Notes: generated from the sequence alone by a model not told the origin. A DNA stretch of 63,816 nucleotides, filler included, from Octopus bimaculoides (GCF_001194135.2; 7 parts of 6 records of this genome joined end to end with filler, not necessarily neighbours in it), one strand, 5' to 3'; shown: positions 1 to 13,459, counted from the whole stretch's first letter. Program-made: numbers and translations.

Positions 1-60
1 ACGTCCGCTTCCCATGCTAGCATGGAAAGCGGACGTTAAACGACGATGATGATGATCATC
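1..60. repeat. RTE-LINE 3' tail arranged as a fold-back palindrome, followed by (GAT)n
   Basis: ACGTCCGCTT(C)CCATGC-TA-GCATGG(A)AAGCGGACGT; same tail as RTE ends at 1815, 17255 and 51400. Confidence 0.7.
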
Positions 61-173
61 ATGGCTCCCGTTCCAGTGGCACATAAAATGCATCACCCAA
101 ATGTGATCGATACCAGTGTTCCCTGACTTGGCTCCTGTGCACAAAATCCAAGCCTTGCACCAATAGTAGAAAG

Positions 174-174
174 G

Positions 175-231
<57 letters not shown>
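174..231. repeat. (ATT)n microsatellite, tail/target of R4/Dong LINE
   Basis: direct. Confidence 0.95.
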
Positions 232-612
232 ACTCAGGTTTTGTTTGAACTCCTGGAGTCTTGCATTCAAAGCGGGCTTGCTACTTGCAGCCTACTATAA
301 CATGCTATCTGTTCTTTTCAGCTATCTAATACTTTCTTGATGGTTCTGGTCATGCCAAGAAGACAAACGTTTTGCAACAGCTCTACTGGGTACTCTGTTC
401 TGATTTCCTTTATATTCCTGTTGATGCCTTTTGATACTGTCCCCAAGGATCCAACAGTAATTGGCACTATCTTCATCATCTTCCTTTTCCATAGTCAAGC
501 TATCTTGTATCTAAGGGGATTATATATGTCTATTTTTTTAGTCTGTTTTCTTTACTATTTAGTTCACCTTGTCCACTACCAGACTGTTCCTTTCTTCAAC
601 CAGTCTCACCTA
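232..612 (-). mobile_element. R4/Dong-clade non-LTR retrotransposon 3' fragment (RLE endonuclease C-terminus)
   Basis: minus strand reads KIVPITVGSLGTVSKGINRNIKEI...ELLQ...TIKKVLDS*, then 3'UTR and (TAA)n. Confidence 0.75.
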
Positions 613-619
613 TGTTAAT

Positions 620-1325
620 TATTATTGCAATTATTATTATAATTTAGTACAGCAGGAATGTTGTCTTGAGGTTTGGTAATAAGTCTCCTCAAATCTCAAG
701 AATCTTTCTTTGGATTCTTGCTAAATATAGGATGGTACTTTTCTGTAGGTTAACAATGCAAATCTCAATTCCACTATCATTCAGTCTTTTAGGTGGTATT
801 TTGGGTGTTGTCCCAAGTGCATCAATTACCGCAAGAATAATTGTTGTTTTAGTCGTCCACAGTCTCTTCAGCCCCCTGGCTAGATTCTGATCTTTCTCAA
901 TCTTATCAATTTCTTTGATATTGACTCTGTTGTTATAGGGAATTGCAAAGTTTATGATCTTACACTGTTTGTCTAGTTTGTCCACTATAATCCTATTTGG
1001 TCTTCTATCTAATATGATCAGTTTTTATGGGGAAATCCTGCAAGATCCTGTAATTCTCATTTTCTATCTCAGCCTCTGGTTCATGCTTGTACAACTTTTC
1101 TATTATTTTCAAACCACACACTCAGCTAACACCCCAATGTACTCTTTTACCAAAACATGCCCACACTTATTAATCTTTTTGTGCTAATTTACTGCACTTA
1201 CTCAAAAGATGATTGATACTTTCATCTCCTTTCCTGCAGATTCAGCGTTTGCTGTCTGACTGAGTTTTGTCAGTATTAGCTTTTATCATATTAGTTCTAA
1301 TGACTTGTTCCTGAGTGGCTAATTA
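620..1325 (-). mobile_element. R4/Dong-clade LINE 3' fragment (zinc knuckle + RLE endonuclease), degenerate
   Basis: QEQVIRTN..ICRKGDESINHLLSKCSKLAQK; ORF 689..985 CKIINFAIP..KRLW..LGTTP..LQKSTIL..RKILEI*. Confidence 0.85.
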
Positions 1326-1342
1326 GTGTCTCAGTCTCTTGT

Positions 1343-1592
<250 letters not shown>

Positions 1593-1814
1593 ATCATATT
1601 TCAAACTGGAATTTATACTTGAAGCAAAATTCAATGAGCACTTGTTTTTCAGGTTAAATCAAATTACAGAGTTTGATTGAATTTCAATTTTAATTTTTTA
1701 AGTTTTATTCATCAGATTTCAGCTCTCAATTTCAAGTTATGAAAATATTTCAGATTTCTTAAATTAAAAATTATTAAAAAAAATTAAATTAAATAAACAC
1801 ACATCTTTAGAAAT

Positions 1815-2016
1815 ATTATCATCATCATCATTTAACGTCTGCTTTCCATGCTGGCATAGGTTGGACGATTTGACTGAGGACTGGCAAACTAGATGGCTGC
1901 ACCAGGCTCCAATCTGATCTGACAGAGTTTCTACAGCTGGCTGCCCTTTCTAATGCCAACCACTCTGCGAGTGTAGTGGGTGCTTTTACATGCTACGTGC
2001 ATGAGGGCCAGTCAGG

Positions 2017-2018
<2 letters not shown>
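1815..2018 (-). mobile_element. RTE-LINE 3'UTR fragment with (GAT)n tail
   Basis: matches 3'UTR of the RTE copy at 17255-17800. Confidence 0.8.
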
Positions 2019-2074
<56 letters not shown>

Positions 2075-2095
2075 GCACACAGACACACACATACA

Positions 2096-3321
2096 TACAA
2101 GGTTCTGTTGAAAAGTAACCAAGATACTCTCATGGAATGCGACCAAATGAGGTTTATTTTTCAATATAGTCCCCCTTGAGGTCTACACACTTCTTCCATC
2201 AGTGTTGTAGTGCTCAGATCCCGCTGGTAAAGAAGCTTTCATTTTGTTGATCAAAAGAGTCATCAACAGTAGGTACGATGTCATCATCACTATGATACTG
2301 CTTCCCAGCCAAATGTTTTTTCATGTTGGGGAACAGATGACAGTCAGATGTGGCCAAACCAGCAGCGATTGAAAGCAAGGACTTGTATTCTGGAGCTTTG
2401 TCCGGATGAAACAAGCTCCCTTTCGTCAGTTTTCCTGGGTGTTTGGTCTTGATAACCTTTCATAACTTCCTCATCAAGTTGGCACAGTACACTCCATTGA
2501 TGGTGTGATTCTTTTAAAGATAGTCAATAAACACAATGATTTTTGCAACCTCAAAAATCTGAAGTCATTATATCCTCTGCGGATGAAACAACCTTGGTCT
2601 TTTTGGAGCAGTTGTATGGATTATTGTCACTTTGTCTCTGGCTCAAAGTGATGAAACCAACACTCATCCTGAGTTAAGAAACGTTCAAGGAAACCAACTG
2701 ACTCTGTCTCAAACAATGTCAGATTTTTCTGTGATGTAATCAGCCTAGTCTGCTTTTGATCGGGTGTCAGATTACATGGTACCTACAGAGTAGAAACCTT
2801 CATCATGCCAAGTCCATTGTGCAGAATATTTTCAACTCTCTCATGTAATATGCTAATAGCATTGGCTATTTGACTCATAGTCAATTGCTTGTCATCCATC
2901 ATCATATGATGAACACAGGCAATGTTTTCTTTATTGGTGGCATTGCAGGATGTCCAGACCTTGGATCATCTTCAAGACTCTCTCTCTTCCCCTCTTAAAC
3001 TTAGCTACCCACTTTTGCACAGTTGATAAAGCTGGGATGTCATCCCCTAATGTAGCAACCATGTCAGCATAAATGTGCTTGAAGTTAAACCCTTTTTCAG
3101 CAGGTACTTGATAACACCATGATGCCAAATTTTGTCCATTTTCCCAAGAAATTGCTACCAGTTACTTTGAAATCTTCTTTGAACAGCAAGATATCAGTTT
3201 ACCTAGAAAGAAAGAATGCAGTTATTTAATAAGAAAAGTTGAAATGAATACATGCAAGATTTCACAACTCCAGCATCACTCCTTCATAGGCAGCCTATGA
3301 ACTTTTCAGCCCACCCTCATA
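2096..3321 (-). mobile_element. mariner (DD34D-type) transposon, decayed, imperfect TIRs
   Basis: ends TACAAGGTTCTGTTGAAAAGT and (rc) TATGAGGGTGGGCTGAAAAGT; HTH-like DMVATLGDD..LSTVQKWVAKFKRGR; LATSDCHLFPNMKKHLAGKQYHSDDD. Confidence 0.85.
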
Positions 3322-3534
3322 TCAATATCCATGAAACTTTTACTGTTTTTGAAGAATATTTCTATGTTAATTGCTTTAGATTTAGTGAAATTTCAAAGAG
3401 TTATATTGGAAGAGCCATGCTGCACCTTTTGACCATACTCCATAAAATTATTGGTTTTTGTCTGAACTTAGAATATAAAGAATGTTGAGCTTAGTTAGCA
3501 TATATATTAGTGATCCTTTATGCAATCTAACATC

Positions 3535-3830
3535 ATCATCTTCATCATCATCATCTTCATCATGATCATCATAATTATCATCATTTCAATGTTCACTTTT
3601 TAACGCTTGCATAGGCCAAACAAAGTTTTATTGAGGCAGAGTTTTTGCTCAGATGCTCATCCTGCTACCAATCTTTACCTGTTTTCACTATGGCCAGAAT
3701 GTTCTCATAGAATACTGGAAATGAATGACACTACTTGTATGAATGACACTATTGTATGACAGTTACAACAACCATTTTACAATAATGTCAAGACAAAGAG
3801 TCACAAACATACACACACATACATATGTGT
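3535..3830 (-). mobile_element. RTE-type tail/SINE fragment with (GAT)n tail
   Basis: similar to 52640-52900; CAT-repeat tail. Confidence 0.5.
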
Positions 3831-4493
3831 GTGCATGAATATATATATATCTCAATAATGCTAAAACTCTAGAGATGTTTGTGTGTACCCGAAATATTTT
3901 ATCTTAATTGTTTTTTTGCATATTTATTTTCATACTTACCTTCAGCAGTGCAGTACAGATTTTTGTGATTTTGGACCTCTATTTAAATGATTACACACAA
4001 TTTTTGTTTGTTATTTCTTGACAAAAAAAATATGACTTCTGTGATGTATACACACATACAGAATACACACACATATAATGAATGTCATGGCATATCAGTC
4101 AACACGAACATATGTCCACTATCTGTGACATATACACACACATAGTCTTCATGCCTTCTAAGAAAAAAACATCGACTTTTTGATGTACACAATGTTTTAA
4201 TCATTTAGAAATCTTTTTAACTGAATGTGATTTCATCATCTGGTGTGCATTAATTTCTGTAAAAAATTTTTATTTATTTACTTTTGTTTCAAAGTGAAAC
4301 AGAAAAGAAAGTGAAAGATGTATGTGTGTGTATATGAAATGGATGTGTGTGTGTGAAAGAGAGAGAGAGGAAGAGCGAGAGAAAATAGGAGAGAGAGAGA
4401 GAAAGAGAGAGAGAGTGAGTGAAGGGGTGTGCTGTCATGTATAGTACATACATCAATACATATGCATACATCTTTTTAGTATGTACATGTGCT

Positions 4494-4531
<38 letters not shown>

Positions 4532-4585
4532 CGTGTGTGTGTGAGAGTGAATGAATGTGTATGTTCTCGTGCATATGTAAGAGGC

Positions 4586-4621
<36 letters not shown>

Positions 4622-4833
4622 GTCCATTTCATATACATGTTCATACATCTTTCATTTTCTCCTGTCTTTCACTTTAAAACAAAACAGGTGATTTTCAGGA
4701 TAAAAATTGTTAAAAAAGAAGTTTTTACTCATGTAAATTGATTACTATTATTTGGATAGTTCCAAATAGATAAGTTCCGAAGTTTAGTTAGATATATATA
4801 CATGTATAAGTACTGTGGTTCTAGCCTATATAG

Positions 4834-5305
4834 CAGTGATTCTCAACCACTTTTTACCTGTGGGCCCCTTTGATTCTTATTTTACTGGGATGGATCCTTA
4901 TCACCATTTTGATGTTTAACCCTTTAGCATTTAAACTGGCCCAGATCTGACCAAAATATTCTGCCAGTTTTATGTTCAAACTAGCCAGATTCAACATCTC
5001 CCACCTGTCCTATAATGTCATTGCAAAAAGTAAGCAGTCACATCATCGAAATCTTGAAGCTACAAGATAATGCATAACTAATTCAAAACAATGTGAATAA
5101 ATAAGCATTTCATTGACAGAATAATTTGAATGCTGAAGTGTTAAACAATCCTATTGTATTTTTTTTAATTGAAATTATTAGGAATTGAATAAAAAAGATT
5201 GCTAAAATATTTCTTGAAGTATAACCAATTTATTGTACATAAATTTTAACAATAAAATCTTATATGGAACACTAAGTTCCTGTGGATCCTGGTTGAGAAG
5301 CTCTG
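4834..5305. mobile_element. hAT-type MITE
   Basis: TIR CAGTGATTCTCAACC / GGTTGAGAAGCTCTG; 8-bp TSD ctatatag/ttatatag. Confidence 0.8.
4916..5144. mobile_element. piggyBac-like MITE nested in the hAT MITE
   Basis: TTAA at both ends; TIR ttaaCCCTTTAGCATT / AATGCTGAAGTGttaa. Confidence 0.65.
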
Positions 5306-5469
5306 TTATATAGTATCTACAATTAGATGTCTAGCCACTAATAAACAACTAGCCACCAGAACAAACACAGTAACATTATTTCAAAAGCCACTGTCTATCA
5401 ATCTGTTGAGAGAAACAAAACAAATATATAAAGAAAAAAGAAATATTACTTCACAAAATTCAAATTCAC

Positions 5470-5832
5470 AGCTACCATCACTATCACTTTCACCACCACC
5501 ACTGCCACTACCTTCGTCAAAACTCAAAGCATCATCATTGCTTTTCTTCTCCCTTCATCTTCAGTTCTACCCACCTCATTATTATCATTGCCATCATCTT
5601 CAATGCAATAACAACTATCACCACCACCACTCCACAAACACTACCATTACTACACTTCTTTCATAAGTACCATCAAAAACACCACCACCACCACCATTAC
5701 TATCAACATACACTAACCCACATCATCATTCCACCACACACACATATTCACCACCACTACTGTTACCCCATTCTTGCAGTCATCACCAAAACAACCACCA
5801 CAATCAGCACCATCACAACCACCACCACCATG
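5470..5832. repeat. CAC/CAT low-complexity tract
   Basis: direct. Confidence 0.85.
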
Positions 5833-6763
5833 TTTTGTTGATTTATGTGTTTTCTCTTAAAAGCCCTTTTATTTGACAGAAGTTTTTATCTTGGTTTCTA
5901 TAGAAAGAAGTTAAGAGGTAGGCAAATGTTGGGTGTGGTCATTTAGTTGCAGTGGAGAGTTAAGTAGTAAAGTGGGTAATGGCTGTAGGGATTTGAGAGG
6001 GAGAGGTTAATTTGAAATATTATTTATTAATCCGGAAGTCTCCCTTAGCATGTCACATGGTAATTTTCTCCAATTACTTCCTTATTTTTGTAATTTACTT
6101 TTATTTTCCTTAAAATAGTAGGATGTTTTTCTTTTCCCCAACATTTTCCCCAACTTAACCTTTTCCCCTGTAGTGAGGCACAAAGAAGCCAGTGCCATTT
6201 TGAAACAGCAAGATCTTGCCTGCAACCATTGCCATATGTGAGACAAAAATGAGATCTCGCTTGTAACCATTATTTAAGGAAAAGACAATAACATTTTCCC
6301 TGTCATTCCTCTCACACTGATGCCAAGCAAGACTTCAAAGCCAGGAGCTCATAGTGGACTTTTGTCCTGCTGTGATACCACATGAATTTTCTCCAGAGGT
6401 TATTGAACCTCATGTGTATGGGAGAGAAGGCTAACTACGCACTGCTGTGAAGATGGTTACTGAAAGCAAATCCCTTGTATGAAGCACCTCTGAATAAACG
6501 ATTATTTGAATTTACTCCGCCTGAGAACTTCATTCTTCGTATTTCCAGCTCCTTGAATCAACAGAATAATTATAATGGAAGAAGAAGATACCCCAAAAGT
6601 ATCATAAAAACCTTCCTTCCATCATACATCATTTCATTGATAAAAATGAAAGGATTGATAAAATAAAGTACCAGTCAAGTGCTGGAGTTAATATAATTGA
6701 CTAATCCCCTCCTGCCAGAATTGCTGGCATTGTACCTGTGGTGGATTGGCTGACCTATTAGAC

Positions 6764-7129
6764 CAATGGTTCTCAAGTAGGGTACACATGGCCCTTAGGG
6801 GTCCATATAAAATTTATGTGCAATATATTGGTTATACTTCTACAATACACAAAATATTTTAACAATTTTTTTAATACAATTCCTTATAATTCTTTTATTT
6901 GTTTCAGTCATTTGACTGTGGCCATGCTGGAGCACTGCCTTGAAGGATTTTAGTCAAACAAATCACCCCCTGGACTTATTTTTTAAGCCTAGTACTTATT
7001 CTATCAGTCTCTTTTGCTGAACCTCCAAATTATGGGGATGTAAACACACCAACACCGGTTGTCAAGCGGTGATGGGGAGGCAACAAATACAGACACACAC
7101 ACAGATATATAGATATGCATACATACACA

Positions 7130-7167
<38 letters not shown>

Positions 7168-7177
7168 TATATAGATA

Positions 7178-7242
<65 letters not shown>

Positions 7243-7521
7243 CAGGCTTCTTTCAGTTTCTGTCTACCAAATCCACTGACAAGGCTTTGGTCAGCCCAAG
7301 GCTATAGTAAAAGGCACTTTTACTAAGGTGTCATGCAGTGGGACTGAACCCGGACCATGTGTTTGGGAAGCAAGCTTCTTACCACACAGCCATGCCTGCA
7401 CCTCATATTTAAGTACAAAAATGTAATAGGACTTTTTAAAACATTGAATGACTATGAGGGTCCACCCAGGTAAAATAATAATCAAAGGGGTCCATAGACA
7501 AAAAAATGGTTGAGAACCATG
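6764..7521. mobile_element. second copy of the hAT MITE family, opposite orientation, interrupted by a SINE
   Basis: TIR CAATGGTTCTCAA / TTGAGAACCATG; TSD tattagac/cattagac. Confidence 0.75.
6891..7403 (-). mobile_element. full-length tRNA-derived SINE (family A: tRNA head, internal AC/AT microsatellite, CR1-like tail)
   Basis: homologous to 61625-62020; many CpG>TpG/CpA changes. Confidence 0.9.
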
Positions 7522-7544
7522 CATTAGACAAAAAAATGTCTTCT

Positions 7545-7705
7545 ATTTCTTTCAGTTCTTTACATTGTGAGTTCAAATTCTGCCTAGGTCGACTTTGTTT
7601 TTATCCTCATGGTATCAAAAAATTAAGTACTATTGGGGGTCAGTGGTATTGACAAACACCCTCCCCTCAAAAATCATCTTTGTGCCTACATTAGAAATCC
7701 TTATT
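7545..7705 (+). mobile_element. SINE family B fragment (GGTCGACTTTGCCTTTCATCC core)
   Basis: homology to 8599-8811. Confidence 0.7.
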
Positions 7706-7766
7706 ATTATAGTCTTTTGAAACCATAAATTCTGAAATCTCCAGTGACTGAAATTAAAACTTCACT

Positions 7767-7829
<63 letters not shown>

Positions 7830-8064
7830 TATCCATTCATATGTATGAGAGAAAGGAAATACACTTACAATGCCATACATGTGTGTTAATGTATATATTT
7901 ATGTATATGTTTACATGCTTGTTTATGTGTGTGTCTAATTATACATGAAATTGTGTCATCATCATCATATCTATATAATGATTTCATGGAGAAAAGTAAG
8001 GAAATTATACTGATTAAAATTTCCTTTAAGAATATAGCTCTAAATATTTCACAAATGTTACACA

Positions 8065-8127
<63 letters not shown>

Positions 8128-8598
8128 CATGAGGTTTTACTTAGTCTAAATATTTTAGGAATATATTACAGGGAAATGTTTTTTAAAAAATAATCTGTAA
8201 AACACACATAAAAAATATGAATTAAAAGGAAGTTTTGATAACTTCTGATGAAATAATCCAATTTTTGTCAAAGGTTATTAACTTTTTCCTCTTAAAATTG
8301 TATTTGCTAACATATGTAATACAAATTATGAATTAACTGTTCTGGTTTGAATGTAAATGAATCTTTCAGTGGGCATGTTTCTCTTTTCTGCCTCAAATGG
8401 GTGCTTATAATGTCTAATATCCTAAGCATCAATGTGAGTGTCAATCTGCATTAAAAAATTATCTCTGTAAATACATAATTTAGTTCAATTTATATGTGTA
8501 ATGGTCTGTGTATGAATGCATGTATAGTGGTGATATGTTTAAGTGGGTGACAAACTTCATAGGTCATGACTTTCTTACATTAATATCTTTGGATAGGA

Positions 8599-8811
8599 AG
8601 GTGGCAAGCTGGCAGAAATGTTAGCACGCCGGGCGAAATGCTTAGCAGTGTTTCGTCTGTCTTTACATTCTGAGTTCAAATTCCGCCAAGGTAGACTTTG
8701 CCTTTCATCCTTTCAGGGTCGATAAATTAAGTACTAGTTGCATACTGGGTCGATCTAATCAACTAGCTCCCTCCCCCAAAATTTTGGGCCTTGTGCTGAG
8801 AGTAGAAAAGG
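8599..8811 (+). mobile_element. tRNA-derived SINE family B, full length with TSD
   Basis: 16-bp TSD atatctttggatagga at 8583-8598 and 8812-8827; B-box GAGTTCAAATTCC; core recalls the Nin/Deu-type SINE domain (from memory). Confidence 0.9.
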
Positions 8812-9044
8812 ATATCTTTGGATAGGATATCTATTTTTGCAAGCCTTACTTTGTCTATTCTTCAGTGAGTATTATCAATGACAGGGTGACTTGCAAAGGA
8901 AGTTGTTTAACATACATATCATAAATATTGCAGAATCCAACATCAAAAGCAACCAAGGAGTTTTGCAGGCATAGCTCTTATTCATTCATGTCATTATATA
9001 AGTGAATGTGTGAGTGTAAGGTCTAATAACAGCATTACTTGATA

Positions 9045-9272
9045 TACCCTTGTCATAAAGATTTCAAATGTTGGCACAAGACCAGCAAATTCAGAATGGA
9101 AAAGTTGATTACATTTGACCCCAGAGCTCACCTGGTACTTATTTTATCAACCCTAAAAGGATGAAAAGCAAAACTAGCCTCAGTGGAACTTGAATTCAGA
9201 GCATAAAGATGGACAAAATGCTGCTAAGCATTTTGCCAAGCATGCTAATGATTCTGCCAGTTCACCACCTTA
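9045..9272 (-). mobile_element. SINE family B, diverged
   Basis: reverse complement of 8599-8811. Confidence 0.8.
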
Positions 9273-10097
9273 ATAATACTCTTGTCATTATAAATAAGTT
9301 AAAAGGTTTACATATATATATATATATAATATAATCCATCAGTTTATATATAGAAAGATTAGTGTAAAATTTGAATGTTCCATAACTTAAATATTCCTTT
9401 AACTGATACCAGACATCAGTCTTTTATTGATATTAGCTAAATAAGTAAATATATAATTTTTAGTCCAATATATTTTGAATTATACTTTTTCTATAAATCT
9501 TCTCTATTGGTGTTAATAAGCTAAGTATACTTTACCATAGCATTAGCAATTAAGCTATTTTATTTATATGGTATTCTGCCCTAGTTGATTATTTTATTTC
9601 ATTTCTTTATTAATTTATAATTAACTTTTATTTATTCATAAAAATTAAGCAAATCTTTGTATTTCTATAAATTCATACTTAGCTTATATAAAACTATACT
9701 GGTATATTCAATACATATAAAAAATCTGCTTAGATTATAATTTTATTAATATATAATTAGAATGTTCTTTTACCTCAATACTCCTTTATTAATACCAGTA
9801 TATACCAATTAATCAATATTCACAGATATCATCTGAAGAGTTAGTATTTAAGTGTACAATATGTGTAAATATTAAACTATTTCTGAATAATTTCTTTTCC
9901 TCCCTCAATTGTGGTAAAAGTTTGGTATATACTCAAAGGTATCCATAAATTTCTATCCTTTTGCTTATATATTCTTCTTAATAACCCTCTGAATAGCCAT
10001 AAACTTTATCTGTATACAATATAGCAACATTGTTTTAAAACATTTAACAATAGTACTACATGATAAGACTTCCCCTGTTTCATTATCAATGGTCTGC

Positions 10098-10169
10098 TAG
10101 TGGGTGACCCCCTTAGTCGTCAGCCAACATCTTTAGTGGGTGACCCCCTTAGTCGTCAGCCAACATCTT
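10098..10169. repeat. perfect 36-bp tandem duplication
   Basis: TAGTGGGTGACCCCCTTAGTCGTCAGCCAACATCTT x2. Confidence 0.95.
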
Positions 10170-10906
10170 GTTTTAAGTTTTCCTTTACCAAACCTCATGA
10201 TTTTTATGATTATACTAATTATGATTTCTGTCTGCTCTCTCAGCCCTACCCCTAACAGATAATGCCTTTTATTCTCTCAGCCTTAGATATACAAGGTTTG
10301 ATAAACTAGTCTATAGATTAAAACTGACCCCATAAAAACAAATAAAATCAGTGACAGGCAGAGTCTTCTTGACAATTTATTTATTAAATTCAAATTATGA
10401 TGAATATAAACAAACAACATGGGGGTTGCTTTAGAAGCGTTGAGATGTCTTAGAAAGTTAAAGAAGTGATTTTTAAATTCTCAAACGCAGGATAATGCTA
10501 AATAATATAGCCTGAACAGGATAAGCTACCCCTATTTTGCAGAAGTAGAGACATGTTCTTTATCTATCTCCTTAACTTCTTGGAGATTTTAGGTATAATT
10601 ATACTAATTTGTCCCATCTGTTCTAAGTTAATTAAATTCTATGTCTCTGTGCAGCTGAGGATTGCTCTGCATTTTAAATTAATGTAATGATGGCATCGTT
10701 CAATTAAATGGAGTTGCATGAAATGATCATGCTGCATTACCTCTGGATATCCTTGTTGCTTATTTTGATTTTAATTGCCTTACTTTGAAATTGTATGGAT
10801 AATACCGTACTAAATTCTGGTGCCTCAACTTAAGTACCATATTCACCTGAATCTATATATATATATATATATATATACTTTATTTAAAAGTAGCAGAAAT
10901 ATCACA

Positions 10907-10952
10907 AAAACTGTTACTCAGAGTTTCACGTTCCCATTCATCGGACAATTTT
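10907..10952 (-). ncRNA. type-I hammerhead ribozyme motif (U4C variant), Penelope-type terminus
   Basis: AAAAUUGU-CCGAUGA-AUG(GGAA)CGU-GAA-ACUC(U)GAGU-A-ACAGUUUU: 8-bp helix I, GUA site. Confidence 0.7.
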
Positions 10953-12022
10953 GTTAGAATGGAACAGAAATGACGATATAATCAAGCAAAAACAACAAAA
11001 AAAAACTAGTTTAAAGGATACACCTTTGAAAACGGTTTTGTTTCATTGGTCCTTTCAACTAACAGTCTTAAGCATGCAATGGACAAAATAAATTCAGTAT
11101 AAATTCATCCTATTGTAAAATCGAAGAAAACCTTGAATTGAAGGAGAGATTCCAAATACATATGGTAAATAATCATATACAAAATATAAGTCAATTAATA
11201 CATTAAAATTAAAATAAAAAATTTTTGCGCTGTATTACGTTTTAATTTTAATATCACCTAGGGATACAGTGAAATTGTCAGTAGAAGGACGTTGGATAGC
11301 TAACAAGGTGGGAGGGTCATAGGCCAATGGTTTGAAGGTTATTGCAACCAAGGAGTAGACCTGCACCATCAGACAAAGACTGGCATCAGCTAGCAAGTTG
11401 AGATACTACTGCAGGGCATTCTCATTGGTGACTAAGCTCATTGTATTCTTGTACATCACTTGCTACTTGGAGTGAAGTCCCAGAGAGACAGTCTGGTGGG
11501 AGCACAACAACAACTGCCTTACTCACCAACCAAAGACATTTTGTTCTGAACAGAAGTTCATATTAGGCTATGACAGACAACTGGCACCACCAATTATGTA
11601 TATAACCAAGTAGGTAAATTACTAATAATTGTCCTTGAATGGCATCTAATCCAATTCACTGTGAACAACAGTTAAAAAAGGAAATTGTAAAGGACTAGTC
11701 CTACTGTATTCATCATTGATAGGAAAACCCACAGAATATTAATAATACTGCATTGTGTTTGCAATAGAGATAGAGCAAGCTGCCAAAGTTGAGCTCATGA
11801 CTCTGTTCCGATAGCAAATGCTGATCATTATATTGTACATACGCATGTGATTTAGGGTAATAAGATTACAGTACACCAGTCATTGTTGATATAGGGATTG
11901 CTACTCCATTACAAAAAGAAAACATTTTTATACAATCGTGCTAACAGACAGATGCATGCATGCATACACATACACACACAAACACACACATACACACACA
12001 CACACACACACACATACATACA

Positions 12023-12053
<31 letters not shown>

Positions 12054-12477
12054 GTGTGTGTTTAAGTGTATGTGTGCCTTTGTGCTTATATGTGTACATA
12101 TAATAAAATAATACCAGATGTTGCCTGGGAAATAAAGGATGCAGTTGGTGGCCAATCTGTTGAATAGGAATCATTGTAATTCTGCTTAAATTTATATTTT
12201 TGAGCACAGTGTGTATATTATTATGTAACAGATATACACATAACTTTTTTACTTCTGGAAATATTACTCATGTTTCAATAAAACATTGTAAACAGAAATA
12301 TCACTCCAGTTGTGACAATTCCATCATTATATATGCAATGTATACACAAGATATACAGTGTGTAAGGTATTTGAGGACATACCTTTTTGGGTCATTGCTG
12401 CATTTTTTTGCTAACTCTATAATTTTTGTTTCAGAAAATAATAATGGCACATGAAATCAAAATCGAACTAAATTTGT

Positions 12478-12761
12478 AGACTGGCACCCTTGCCAACGTC
12501 TCTTTCATTGAACACTAAACTCAGCTTGTGAAGACCTGTTGGGGCAAGCAAAAGCGAAATCGTGATGGCATCTGTACCAGTGGATCACTAAGAGCACTGT
12601 CCAAACGTGATTGTTGCCAGAGCACCAGCTGTCTGGCTTCCATGCCGGTGGCACGTAAATAGCACCATTTGAGCATGATCCTTACCAATGTCGCCTTCCT
12701 GGCACTTGTGCCTGTGGCACATGAAAAGACATTCGAGCGAGATCGTTACCAGTACCGCTGG
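12478..12761 (+). mobile_element. RTE 3'UTR modular fragment
   Basis: GCCGGTGGCACGTAAA.AGCACC modules as in the RTE UTR at 17440-17600. Confidence 0.6.
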
Positions 12762-13437
12762 TGTTATGCATACAAAATTTCCAGCAAATGTCATGGTTTT
12801 AGGAGTTGTCAGCAGCAAAGAACAAGCGATGCCTCCTTACTTCTTTCCACAAGGCCTTAGAGTTAACTCTGCCATCTACATTGAGGTTCTGGAAATAATT
12901 GTTAAGCCCTGGATAGACAGTGTATACAATGGNNNNNNNNNNTGCCATCTACATTGAGGTTCTGGAAATAATTGTTAAGCCCTGGATAGACAGTGTATAC
13001 AATGGAAGGCCATATGTGTTTCAGTAAGACTCTGCACTGGCTAGTAACACAGGAATGGATAACTGAAAAGTTTCATGATCACATAACCCCTAACATTTGG
13101 CCTCCTAATTCCCCAGATCTCAATCCATTGGACTATTACATGTGGAGCATTGTTGAGAGAGAGAGTTCAATGAACATGCCCATAACACCAAAGATTCTTT
13201 GGAAGCTGCCATAATCAAAGTAATGTCCAAAATGAACCAAACCACTTAGTTCGAGCATGTAGATGATTTAGATCTCATACAGTTGTTGAAGCTGAAGGTG
13301 GCTTTATTGAATAACATTATAGAAAAGAAGGTTTATTTTTATCCTGATAGCATTTTTTAATAAATAAAGTAGTTATCTGTTATTATATATCTGTTTTTTA
13401 TAAACATAAATCTGTCCTCAAATATCTTACCTTGTAT
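12762..13437 (+). mobile_element. maT-like (DD37D) Tc1/mariner transposase 3' fragment
   Basis: KFPANVMVLGVVSS..PPYFFPQGLRVN..WPPNSPDLNPLDYYMWS. Confidence 0.8.
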
Positions 13438-13459
13438 ATACACATAAATATTTAAAAGA

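Noticed and set aside
1680-1720. Hammerhead-like string in AT-rich DNA (also 46260-46300, 52050-52095)
   Set aside because: Missing helix I or GAAA; expected by chance.
12870-13005. ~62-bp direct repeat around a 10-N gap
   Set aside because: Unmerged contig overlap.
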